Below are positions 1-11,610 of a stretch of DNA of 32,760 nucleotides, in pieces (position 1 is the stretch's first letter; every line of letters starts with the position of its first letter). The position numbers were made by a program, and so were the translations under genes. The stretch is from Octopus bimaculoides (lineage: Eukaryota): NCBI RefSeq assembly GCF_001194135.2, contig NC_068986.1, forward strand, positions 2,695,230-2,727,989, written 5' to 3'. The notes beneath the pieces were generated by a model. It searched no databases. It was not told the origin of the DNA and worked only from the letters and a program-made list of their open reading frames with translations.

Positions 1-7
1 GCTTAAC

Positions 8-28
8 TCTTTATTATTATTATTGCTA

Positions 29-72
<44 letters not shown>

Positions 73-125
73 TTTATTTTTATTATTATTATTAATATTA
101 TTATTATTATTATCATTATTATTAC
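8..125. repeat. (TAT)n microsatellite
   Basis: Direct reading; explains the poly-Leu ORF 23..316. Other (TAT)n, (CAT)n, (TA)n, (CA)n and (GA)n tracts occur throughout, e.g. 23880-23918. Confidence 0.95.
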
Positions 126-811
126 TGTTCTTGTTCTTCTTGTTTAATGTTTTCTACTTGAATGAAAACATGGAAACAATAAAAATAGTGAAACATGAAA
201 AAAACAATTTTAAAAAGTTGAAAGGAAAAAAAAAGAAAGAAAGAAAGCAGATGAGGATACAATTTCTATTTTTTAGTGCCACTTATCAACTATATCTCAC
301 TGAACACTGTTTGTAAATATCAACAGATGAAAAGCTTTCATTTCTTGTATGCATGTTAATATATGTGTGTGTGTATCATGTATGTATATAATGTATATAG
401 AAAAAGCACAGTAACTAAGTGCTTAAGAGAGCTCTTGACCTGGGTGTATGAGTTCATATCATGATAAAAGGCAGTGTGTTATTATTGTAAAAAAAAAAGT
501 ACATGACTCGTGTTCCTCTCTGTTGAACCGCAGCGGTAACGACAAGCATGAGGAGAGTCTGGTATCTTAGATCCCAAGATAGACTTGACCTCTTACCCAA
601 GCTTGTTTTGTGACTGCGTACCATTATGTATTGAAGCAGAGAAAAACCTGTTTTGTGCCTGTTCGTTTGTGTTACTCAAGTGTGTATGTATGATGCCTTT
701 TTTTAATTTTTTTTTTTTTTACCCCTGTAAAATTTTGAAATAGGAATTATGAAACTTAAAATTTTAATTTAATATTTCAGTGTTTTTTTTTCTTTTTTTT
801 TTTTTTTGCAG

Positions 812-916
812 TTTCTTCCCAATGCCCCTCTCCTCCCACCTTTCACCACTGTCGAATTTTTGTTTTCTTTGAAAGAGGAAAAGAAATATGAAGTTCCATT
901 GAGTTTGTTTGCATGA
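812..916 (+). other. Candidate alternative terminal exon of an unidentified gene (FLPNAPLLPPFTTVEFLFSLKEEKKYEVPLSLFA*)
   Basis: Long poly-T tract plus gcAG acceptor, 34 open codons in phase 0, and AATAAA at 923-928. Confidence 0.4.
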
Positions 917-2015
917 TATACTAATAAATAAATTAAAAAATCAATTTTCATGCTTGCCAGTTCTATAAGTTCAGCTATTTGGTTGGACAGTATCCTTAAC
1001 AAAGACAGGATGGTCACAGCTTAAAAATTAGTAAAATTATAGCATTTTATTTTTCAACAACAGTATCCCGAACTTCAATAGCAGATCTCATGTTTTATTA
1101 TAAGTCATGTAGCTTTTACTTGGATTGCTTCTATGACAACTCTGAGTTTGAAATCTGCTTCTGATTTGAAAAAAAGTATATGGTTATAAGAGTTTGAGTT
1201 TGTAACCTTAGCACTCAGCCCTCAATTAACTGTTTCTGTGCCATGGTTTTCCTCACTCCTCCATTTAAAACCACTTTAGATTATACATGGTGAAAGTGCA
1301 TGTTCTTGTGATTAGAAGTGTTTAACTCATTTGGTCGTGGTTTCAATTCCTGGACCAAGCAGCACTTCATTTTACATTGCTCCAGTTTAATCAGCTGAAA
1401 AGAGTGCCAACTGGGTGCTGGTGCAGTTCTTTCTTTCTCTCTCTCCTCCTCGCTGTCACATTTTGAATGTGCCACTGGATCAAGAGTGAGAGGTTCAAGA
1501 GAGTGTCTAAAACAATGAGCAAAATCATGGTATGTGTGTGACCAAGCCATACTCACCAGTAAGTGACCACTGGCTGTACAGATTATCCACATTGTCGTTC
1601 AGTATATTTATTCTAATTTTGATCTTACTGTTTCTCATACCTTCTTATATCTATTGGGTCATATTTATGTTCTTCTCTATCTCCCTGACACTACCTAAAA
1701 CTAATTTATTCTGATTTTGTGATTTTTTTTCTTTGTATTTTGTGTATTTTGTGGAAATTTCAGATAATCTGTCCGACAGTGGATGTGGATTAATATGATA
1801 TTTAAAGTAATTATGAGAAAATAATCTTTAATTAAAATTTTTTTTTTTGTGCGTAAATAATGTTGAAGAAAACCAGATTGGAAAATATTGAAGAGAATGA
1901 TATGATGGAGTGAGATTAACTTTGATTTTATTCTCCATCTTGATCACCACTGTCATTATCATCATCATCATTGTTGGCATCATCATCATCATTGTTGGCA
2001 TCATCATCATCATTG

Positions 2016-2220
2016 ATTGATTAGCAGAATCAATTAGAACGTAAGACAATGTTTCTTTTTGGTTCCTTACTTTCTGAGTTTGAATCCTACCAAGGTCAAC
2101 TTTGTCTTTCATCCCCCCTGGGGTTGATAATATAAAGTACAAGTCAAGCACTGGGGTTGATTTAACTAACTCCCTCATCTTAAAATTGCTGGCCTTGTGC
2201 CTAAATCAGAAACCATTGTT

Positions 2221-2263
<43 letters not shown>

Positions 2264-2487
2264 CATCATCAAGACAGTGGTTTGGCAGAATTGTTAGCAT
2301 GCTGGGCGAAATGCTTAGCGGTATATTTTGCCCATCCTTATGTTTTGAGTTCAAATTCCACCGTGGTCAACTTTACCTTTCTTCCTTTCAAGGTCGATAA
2401 AATAAGTACCAGTTGAGTACTGGGGTCGATGTAATCGACTTAACTCCATCCCCAAACTTGCTGGCCTTGTGCCAAAATTTGAAACCA
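2016..2487 (+). mobile_element. Two head-to-tail copies (about 2016-2216 and 2271-2487) of tRNA-derived SINE family A
   Basis: B-box-like gagttcaaattcc, then core aggtcaactttgcctttcatcc...gataaaataagtacc and tail gctggccttgtgcc, each followed by (TAT)n. The core resembles my recollection of the MetaSINE central domain (unverified). Confidence 0.8.
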
Positions 2488-3071
2488 TACTTATTATTAT
2501 TATTATTATTATTATTTCATCATTATCATCAGTTTTGTGTTTACAACTATTACAAAGAAATATTTAATTGTATTACCAGACTCATCTTGGTGTGCCTCAG
2601 GTATATATGTGTTGCATGTCTAAATTGTGACTTTTAGAAGCAGATTTCGGTCAAATTCATTTGTTTTATGGTTTTCACCTTTACCGTTATATCATATCTA
2701 ATTTATATAAGAAATTGTTATTATTATTATTATTATTATCTGTAACATTGTCATTATTATGTAAAATTGATTTTAATTATTTTTTCAATTACTATGATAA
2801 TGATGATTTTTTTAATTTTCATTTCTATTTTTACTACCATGCTTATTTGTTTCTTGAAACAATTACAATCTCCTGAAAATTAGCACCTCAACCCGACTCC
2901 TAAATTTACAGATAAGCTTTTAAAATTCCAATTTTCAAACAGATTTTGTTATCAATATTTTTTGTTTATATATATATATAAACATACAAAGGCTAACTTG
3001 CCCTCATACACAGCCACCACCTTGCACAGAAGAAACACAAAATAACTGTAATTTCTAGGGAAGCAAGCAAG

Positions 3072-3135
3072 CATGCGCACACACCCAAACATGCGCACAC
3101 ACCCAAGCATGCGCACACACCCAAACATGCGCACA
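3072..3135. repeat. 18-bp minisatellite x3.5 (catgcgcacacacccaaR)
   Basis: Units at 3072, 3090, 3108 and a partial unit at 3126. Confidence 0.9.
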
Positions 3136-4751
3136 TGCATGCATGCAAGTCACATAAAATATGAAATATGTGGCTTTTTGACTTCAAAATATAGGATGTT
3201 TATATAGATATCATTGTACTTTCAAACGTTTAGAGCAAAGTAAATTGTGTCTGCATGTGTGTGTATGTATGCATCTGTGTGTGTATATATATGTGTACAT
3301 ATAATACACACACCGAAATATTAGCAATATTATTGATGTAGGAGTACATTTCAATAATAATAGCCTTTAAGAAAACATAAAGATCACTTTTACTCTTGTT
3401 TCATGTTGTCTACTATGTTTCTGTATGTAAAATATTCCAACTCCATCCCAAACCAGAACTAATGCTGGTCAGATGTATAGGACTCTCTGTCCTTCGTCCC
3501 TATCCTCTTTCTATGAAATGCCCGACTCTAGAGAAACTCTACATAGACTACATTTAAATCACACGAAACACCCGACTTTTGATTCTTAATTTAAAAACAA
3601 ATATCCATAATTTCAAATTCATATTTCCTAAAAAGAAAACAATTTTCATAAATAAACACTTGTACCCGACTTATACATAATGATAAAGTTTTGACCCACA
3701 TGAAAATAACTTTTATAATTTTATGCTATCAGTGTCTCCAGGCAAGAGACGGGGTTTATTTGGAGTTGCATCTAAAGGAATCCTCAACTTCTAATGAATA
3801 TGTAAAGTGTATTACACATACTAATTTTTCCCCCCCTCACACCTGTACATTTAAATGCATGTGTGTGTGTGTGTGTGTGTGTCATCATCAACATCATTGC
3901 TATTTTGCACCTTGGCATGTCCTTGATAGATTATTGTGATTCGTGTCAGCTCTTGTTCAAACTAACTGCCCTCCTAGATGGGTTGGGAAATGACATCTCA
4001 TTTGTGCTTTTCATCTGGCATGGTTTTTAACTGCTGGATACCCCTTCCAACACAAACCATTTTGCAGAGTGTTCTAATGTATTATATCCTAGTGCCAGCA
4101 CTGGAGCAGTTGTCTTGTCTGTTGCTTTCTCTGTTTGTTAATGCAAGCATGACTGAGTAGGCGAAAAGAAGAAGAGCATAAATATGATGGGTGAGTGAAC
4201 TGGAGCGAATGTGGTGATAGGAGAAAAGGTTAATAGAATAGAGTGATCCATAGTTGTGGGTGGGGAAGAATGATATAAATCCACAATGCTGAGAGTGAGT
4301 TTTGTCAGGAGGGAATGATAGGAGGTTGAGAGATTAGAGGATAGCAATATGAAGTTGGTGTTAGTAAGAGAGAGAGTGATGGCTAGCCAGCCTTATTATG
4401 CAGGCATCAAGATGGTGGAGAGGTGGAACGAGGGGAGATGATGTGTGGGAGAACAGACAGATTCAGGGCCATCATTTGTTGTATATGTGTGATATGGTAC
4501 AATGGATAGTCGGGGGNNNNNNNNNNNNNNNNNNNNNNNNNNNNNNNNNNNNNNNNNNNNNNNNNNNNNNNNNNNNNNNNNNNNNNNNNNNNNNNNNNNN
4601 NNNNNNNNNNNNNNNNNNNNNNNNNNNNNNNNNNNNNNNNNNNNNNNNGTCTGCCTCTCATTATAGTTCTTTGTCAGTTTCCAAAGATCACGCTTCACTT
4701 TGCCCACATGTCCCATACACTCATCTCAACAACATGCATGTATATATATAT

Positions 4752-5095
4752 ATATCATCATCATCGTTTAACGTCCGCTTTCCATGCTAGCATGGGTTGG
4801 ACGATTTGACTGAGGACTGGTGAAACCAGATGGCTACAGCAGGCTCTAATCTGATTTGGCAGAGTTTCTACAGCTGGATGCCCTTCCTAACACCAACCAC
4901 TCCGAGAGTGTAGTGGGTGCTTTTACATGCCACCGGCATGAAGGCCAGTCAGGAGGTACTGGCAATGGCCATGCTTGAAATGGTGTATTTTATGTGCCAC
5001 TCGCACAGGAGCCAGTCCATCGGCACTGGCAATGAACTCGCTCGAATGTCTTTTCACGTGCTACTGGCACAAGTGCCAGGGAGGCGACGTTGGTA
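4752..5095 (-). mobile_element. 5'-truncated RTE 3'-end copy with (GAT)n tail
   Basis: catcatcatcgtttaacgtccgctttccatgctagcatggg...ggatgcccttcctaa...gtgccaccggca matches the 3' UTR physically attached to the RTE ORF at 28363-28730. Confidence 0.8.
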
Positions 5096-5811
5096 ATATA
5101 TATATATGTATATATATATATATAATGATGATGATGATGTATGTATATCATGAGCCAAATCTTCAAATTACCTTTCATCTTAAAACAGACATTTTCAATA
5201 ATATAGTTCTAGATACACTTGTCTAAAAGTAGACGGGATGCTCATGGCTTCAATACTTTCTTTGGTGATAGACCTGGGAGTGTACAACAACACTTGGATG
5301 TTACAAGAACAGCAATAAGCTTCTTTTTTTTTTTGTTCTTATCCTGAATGTTATGGGTGGGTAAAAATCATGTAGAAAGAATCCGAACACAAACGATGAA
5401 TAGTAACAATAATAATGAAAATAGGCCATTTTGCAAAGTCTTTGACAATTGTATGCAAAAACAAGGTATGAGAGACATTTTATTTTATTTTATTTATTAG
5501 TTCTATAGCTTTTACCCCTTCATATTTTCATCAAATACGAAAAATATATTTTTTTTATGAACTAAAATTCAGACAGGTATTTTTTCTTTCATTTTTTTTT
5601 TTTTAATATATAAAAGTTGAATCAGTAAACCCGAATCGTTTAGATGTTTTTGCGCATGTATAAATGCATATATGTGGATGTGGATATATATATATATATG
5701 TATATATGCATGTATGTATGTATGTATGTATGTATGAAGAACAAACACTGCTCCTAAATAAGCTGAGTCTTTTTCTCAGTTTCAATTTCCAATTGAAGCT
5801 ATTTCGCTTAA

Positions 5812-6039
5812 TTAACTCGTTAGCATTCAGATTATTCTGTTAATTGTAATGCTTTTTCATTCACATTGTTTTCAATTAATCATGCATTATTTTGTAGCTT
5901 TGAAATTTTGATGATGTGATGGTTGTATATTTTTAGAATGGCATTCAAGAGTAGGTGTGTTAGGCTGGATCTTCCTCTTTGGACATAAAACAGCATATTT
6001 GGGCTGGATATGGCTGGTTTAAAAATGCTAAAGAGTTAA
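5812..6039. mobile_element. TTAA-flanked MITE (piggyBac/Kolobok-like); truncated copy at about 26915-27023
   Basis: TTAA-CTCGTTAGCATT ... AATGCTAAAGAG-TTAA: a 12-bp TIR (11/12 match) with TTAA on both sides. The reverse complement of 26945-27023 matches its left part. Confidence 0.75.
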
Positions 6040-7086
6040 TACCTTCAACATGGCATTAATGTCACTCATTCACATTTTACTTCCCCTCTCCCCCAAAATA
6101 AAATCTTAAATTCTAGGCTAATGTAAGAAACAAAATATGACTATAATTACATATTCTTCATGGCACTGTCACATTAAGTTGACAACATACCATCACTTTA
6201 TCGTGCTGCTACTGTATAAATCTGAGAGATTTAGAAATGTATTATTTCTATTTACATATTCTTCATTTTATCTAATTTAAATGTTTCTCTTATACAAATA
6301 AATAGATGTTTGTATCTACTATTTACTATATTTATACCTTAATTTGCATTCATGCATATGCAGTGGTTTTTTCTCGTTCTCTTTCTCCAATGTTGTTTAC
6401 CTGTAGTTCGTTTTATATCATCCCTTTTTGATAAGTTAGTGTTTTTCTTTTTTTATTGATTCTTTTCTTTTCTGTATTTTTCTGTGTTATCTTTTCCTGT
6501 TATCTCTGCAAATTTCATGTCATCTGTAATTTTAAAATCATGCTCCCGAAACATTTAAAATGAAGCCTCTACTTATTCCTAATGAAAATCAAAACTTTCA
6601 AATGCAAATAATAATAATAATAATAATAATAATACCAATGATAATATAGGTTTGTTCCTGTTAAAATATTTATTACTACATTCATAATAAAACTTAAATC
6701 ATGAGATAGGTTTTTATGCAGTGGCTTCCAATTTTTCTAACTTACTATATAGTTCTCTTCCTTTAAAACAGGTTAAAATAAATTGCACATCATTGTTAAA
6801 TGTTGTCATAATGTTCCATCTTTAAAGAATACTATCTCAGTTAGTGTAACATATTCTCGCCAGCAGCCTGTGTTACTACATTCGTTACATTTGTAACAAA
6901 AATATTTTACGTATGACTTTTAGATTTCAATAGAAAGGTGTTTGTTTAAAACTGGATAGTATTTTGTTAGTTGCAAAACTATGTGTGTGCATGAGTGCAG
7001 ATATAATGGTCATATGATAGATTCTCAGAGTAACATCTAAAATATCCTTTGCATTTTTATTCACTCTTAGTTTAAAATGCATATAT

Positions 7087-7335
7087 ATCATCATCATCAT
7101 CGTTTAACATCTGCTTTCCATGCTAGCATGGGTTGGACGATTTGACTGAGGACTGGTGAACCAGATGGTTACACCAGACTCCAATCTGATTTGGCAGAGT
7201 TTCTACAGCTGGATGCCCTTCCTAACGCCAACCACTCCGAGAGTGTAGTGGCAGTACTGGCAACGGCCACGCTCAAAATGGTGTATTTTATGTGCCACCT
7301 GCACAGGAGCCAGTCCAGCGGCACTGGCAACGATA
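7087..7335 (-). mobile_element. 5'-truncated RTE 3'-end copy
   Basis: Same catcatcatcgtttaac...ggatgcccttcctaacgccaaccactccgagag sequence. Confidence 0.8.
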
Positions 7336-7970
7336 TCATAATTCTCTTGTTGAATATAATATAAACTGTAGTGTGTAGAGGTAAATGATTTTTTTTTTGT
7401 TCAATATCTAATTGGGGGTTTTAAAATGGTAGTAAGATCTACATTATTGAGGAAAACATTATTATGCCTCTGTGAAGGTACATAACACTCTGCTAGCTTG
7501 ACTGACACATTGACTTTCCCCTCTACTTCCCATTTGGTTAGCAGTGAGAAGGATTGGGTGTCCGACTGTGTACAAGAATTTAGTTTCTTTGCACGCAATA
7601 AAACATTTCAATTATATTTTGCACTTACTTGAACTTTCTTATTTCTATGTTCTAGATGTCATCTAAGTACAAGTTAAACTTCATAAAATATGAGGTGTAA
7701 TAATACAGACTATTTTTCTTTTCTTTTATTCTATTCCTAGAATTATCTATTTGCAGCTTATGATTGCATGCTGCTTCTTGATTTAATGAACAGCATGCAT
7801 ATCTTAACAATTTTCATTTCATAATAGTTAATATGAAGCATTGTGGAATAGAGTAATACCATTTAAGAAAGCTGCTTCAATGCAAATTTGGAAATAAAGC
7901 ATAAACAGAAGCATTGTTTACCATTCATTTCTCAACTTCCATTGTTGTGGCTTTCTTAAACTCTGTTTCT

Positions 7971-8157
7971 TCTGGGCAAAATGCTTAGCAGTATTTCGTC
8001 CATCTTTATGTTTTGAGTTCAAATTCCACTGAGGTTGACTTTGCTTTTCATCCTTTCGGGGTCAATGAAATAAGTACCAGTCGAACACTGGGGTTAATGT
8101 AATAGACTTGTCCCCTCCTCTGAAAATGCTGGCCTTGTGCAAAAATTTGAAACCATT
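7971..8157 (+). mobile_element. SINE family A copy
   Basis: gagttcaaattcc...aggttgactttgcttttcatcctttcggggtc...gctggccttgtgc. Confidence 0.8.
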
Positions 8158-9993
8158 ATTTTAACTTCATTTGATATTTATTCATTTAAAATACTTCCTT
8201 CATTTCATTTTTTTCTCTCTATATTATGACTCATCATCTTCATTTCACTATAAACTGCCAAAATTGGTGACATTTGGTCATCTAACTTAGAAACTTTAGA
8301 CCAGTAGTAGCTGGGTTTTTGTTTTGTTTTTTAATTATTTTTTTATTTTTAGAGCAGGAATTTAACACTTTGCATATCAAAACTGGTGCAAGGATTTGTT
8401 TTCTTCTCAGAATATTTTTTCAAAATTATTATATTTTGGTTTTGAAGCTTAAAACTAGTGCTGGATGTTTTATTACTTAAAAAAAAAAGAAAGAAAGAAA
8501 TAAAAACCCGTAAGGTTTAATTATCTGCTGACTGATTGGTATAGCCATAAATTTATTTTCTGCTAGAGACACTTACCTCTGTATTCTCTTTGCAGTGCAG
8601 TTTGTTCAAAAACATATCATTCTTTTCGCATTTCACTCGCAAAACATGCTAAAACCAAACTCTTTATATTAAAAAAATATGTAAGAAAAAAAAAGAAACG
8701 AAAACTGCCCATTTTCTCACAGATAAATTCATTTGGTGTTTGTTGTCAATTTATTAATATTGGCTGAATGTGGATGTATCTCTGTCGACTCATATTGAAT
8801 GATTATTTGTCATTAGCTATGGCATTGCAAACAAAATAGGTGTATGTTTTTGTTATTTTTAATTTTCAATCTGATTCATACAAATACACACTCTTTTCAC
8901 TATTTCAGTTTGTTTGTTTTTTTAGCCATTAGTCTTGTCAGTATGTCTACTCGTCTGTTGCCTATTCATTGAAACACGTTACACAGTGGTCAGCACATCA
9001 ACAAGAGACAAATTGTGATTGTTAACTCAATGGCCACCAGTCATTATTGACATATAACTGATACAATAATCTGTTATAACTCACCCTCCTTCTATGTGAT
9101 TGCAGCATCATGCAGCTAGACATTCAGTGCATTTACTAATAGCAACTTGACTTAGTTCTATAACTCAATAACTATCAACTAACTGTTTGTAAGCAAACAC
9201 ATCTAAAAACCCTAATTTTCATCTGGTGACTCTACTCTTATACCCGAATTCAACTAATTTGAGCAACTCCCGAAAGAAATTAGTTTAGGGATATGAGTAT
9301 ATCCCTGAAATAATTATAGTTCTGTGTGTATAAATATACCTATTATACATAAACATATTTTTACAAAGGCAGTTTTTTTCATTGGGTGCTTTCACAAAGC
9401 TGATTGTTTGTGCAATTTTTCTTTTTAGCTTTGTCAGGAAGTATTTCCTCATTATCGAAGTTGATTGATTAAAATTACTAACATTCTATCCCTTGTCTGC
9501 TGCTGCTAACATCTTAAATAATCTTAAAACTCTCACAGTAAACCTTTGAATTGTTAATGTTTCTCAGCTAGGGGCTTAGAACTTCCTTTATGTAAGAAGT
9601 CTTTTTCTTAAACTTTTGTCTTTTGCTCTATAGGTCCTTAAGTCTGTGAAATTATATTAGGGAATTTATTGTATCTTGATAAGTGTTCTTATTTTCCTTA
9701 TTTTTTCACATAAGCATATTCTTTGATAACATGTCCGCTTTGTTTAAATGTGGGTCTTCATCTTGGTACACCATCTTTCCTATAAGATTATATTGTTATT
9801 TAATTATTCTAAAATACTAATTATCAATTCCCATCAAATTCATGATTTTCTTCTGGTTTTGAATTACTTTACCAGACCTTTCTCCCATCTATTCTTTGAT
9901 TTCCTCGAAATATGCAACAAAATTAACACCCCAACTCTTATTACAGTTATTGTGGTTGACTGAATTGTGACATCTTTTTTTTTCTCTCTTTAG

Positions 9994-10053
9994 TTTGTAC
10001 ATGAAAGGGGTGGAGAAGGGGGTTCAAACAACTGGACTCCCGATATTTACTAA
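9994..10053 (+). other. Candidate alternative terminal exon (FVHERGGEGGSNNWTPDIY*)
   Basis: Strong pyrimidine tract plus tAG, GC-elevated body, and AATAAA overlapping the stop (10052-10057). Confidence 0.4.
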
Positions 10054-11404
10054 TAAAACGAAACGTTTTAATTGCCCGAAAACTGACCTCCTTCATCTGC
10101 CTCTTTTTATGTCAGTAAACAGAACTCTTCAACTAAATTTAACCAGATGTTGATGTTTTACTCCTGTCTAAACCCTCTCTATACATGATTAACTTAACAC
10201 TAGGAAATGACAATTGTAAACCAGTCAACTTTTAGAGGGGAAAAGTTTTCAAATATATTAAATTTTTATTCTATGGATATCATTCATTAACCTGATACAA
10301 AAATTGCATTTGCTGGTGGATATTTGTACTGAGACAGAGTTGGTGTTCACCTATCAGTTATCTCCCGAAATAGGGTGATCCCAGCAGTACGTCAGTATTA
10401 AACCCTCATCAAATGTTTCATTCGGTTAGTTTCTGTCTTTGTTCTTTCTCTTGTGGGTTTTAGACGTATCTATCTTCCTTGGTGGAAATGTAAAGAGACA
10501 ACATACTTGTACAGCTACTAATGACTACTGTTGTACATAGCTGTTTTCACCTCCCGATTGCATGTTAGCTGTGCAACACTTAATTTTACAAGTATATCTA
10601 TATACACTCATACTGTATCTATGTTGGCCTCTTCCATCTCCAACTGTTTTTCGTTTTGTTTTCTTTCTTTCTTTTTGGTCGAGGGAGCTCCATTGACAAA
10701 GCTATCTACACACTATACGTGGAAGTGTATATGTCTAAGTAATTATTCAAATGTCTCCTGAAAGAAAAATCTACTTATTTCTATTCTCATTCTCCCGACA
10801 TATATTTTGTAGATTTCTCTCTATTTAGCTTTGTCATGCTGACTCCCTTTGCCTCCTACTCACTCTACCCCCCTCTATTTCATTGACATAACAGTACTCT
10901 TGTATTTTTGATATATTTAGATCTTTGGTGATTTAAATTAGGCAACATCACAGTCTGAGATCAATTCCCTTAGATGGTTGACATTGATGTCATAAAATAA
11001 ATACCAGTAATATGCTAGAAATAACTCCATTGACTCTACTCCTTCCACTAAAAAGGTAGGGGGCCTTGTGTTTTTTATCAAAACAAATCATTATTGGCTT
11101 ATATTAATAACTCTAGGGGCTACTCCTTTTTTATTCTTTTCCTTCATTATGGACCTCTTCATTTATTGAAGAATTGATTCTTATTTTCAGTTCTTTAAAA
11201 ATTATTATTATTATTGTTGTTTTAAATGGATAATACCTATGTATTCCATGTTTTTACATCATGTTAGATGTTTCAGTCAATTCTTCTTTTACAATACGAG
11301 GCTCTCTCTTTTAGAACATCAATTTCTCAATCACAAAATCAAAACGAATCGCCATTTATCTGTAGCAAACTAAATACAGTCCATTGCACTTCATCCTAAA
11401 AGTA

Positions 11405-11610
11405 CAGTGTAATACCTACAACATACACATCTAAAACTAGAGTCAACAAGAGAGCTTCAGCTTGCTAGAAATAGTAGTTAATTCTCTCTCAAGTCACACC
11501 TTTAAAAAGATGGGATGGTCACGGCTGAAATGCCTTTGATAATAAACCTTCTTAGTAAGGGTTGGTTTGGGGTTAAATAACAGTAACAACAACAATAACA
11601 TCTAAAACCA
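11405..11610 (+). repeat. Interspersed repeat family (cttgctagaaatag...gggatggtca..gctgaaatgcctttgat); related pieces at about 950-1020, 13195-13345, 22018-22080 and 24665-24840
   Basis: Recurrent similar motifs at these positions; class not identifiable. Confidence 0.45.

Noticed and set aside
23-316. Poly-Leu ORF, and similar poly-Y/M/L ORFs at 1828-2416 and 2413-2876
   Set aside because: Translations of (TAT)n and (CAT)n microsatellites and SINEs.
1764-1798. Short terminal-exon reading DNLSDSGCGLI* ending in a CaaX-like motif
   Set aside because: Only 11 codons, a different phase from the other candidates, and easily produced by chance.
4396-4790. ORFs of 84-130 aa spanning N runs (also 12387-12722)
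   Set aside because: Open only because of assembly gaps. A YGHV-like word near 4716 hints at an RTE relic but is too short to call.
5282-5305. QHLDV resembles vertebrate PMCA splice-site C exons
   Set aside because: Only a five-residue match, and I saw no calmodulin-binding IRVVxAF exon in the window.
7656-9464. Further short AG-initiated open frames (7656-7694, 7741-7824, 8601-8672, 9429-9464)
   Set aside because: Background composition, weak donors or no adjacent poly(A) signal; not distinguishable from chance.
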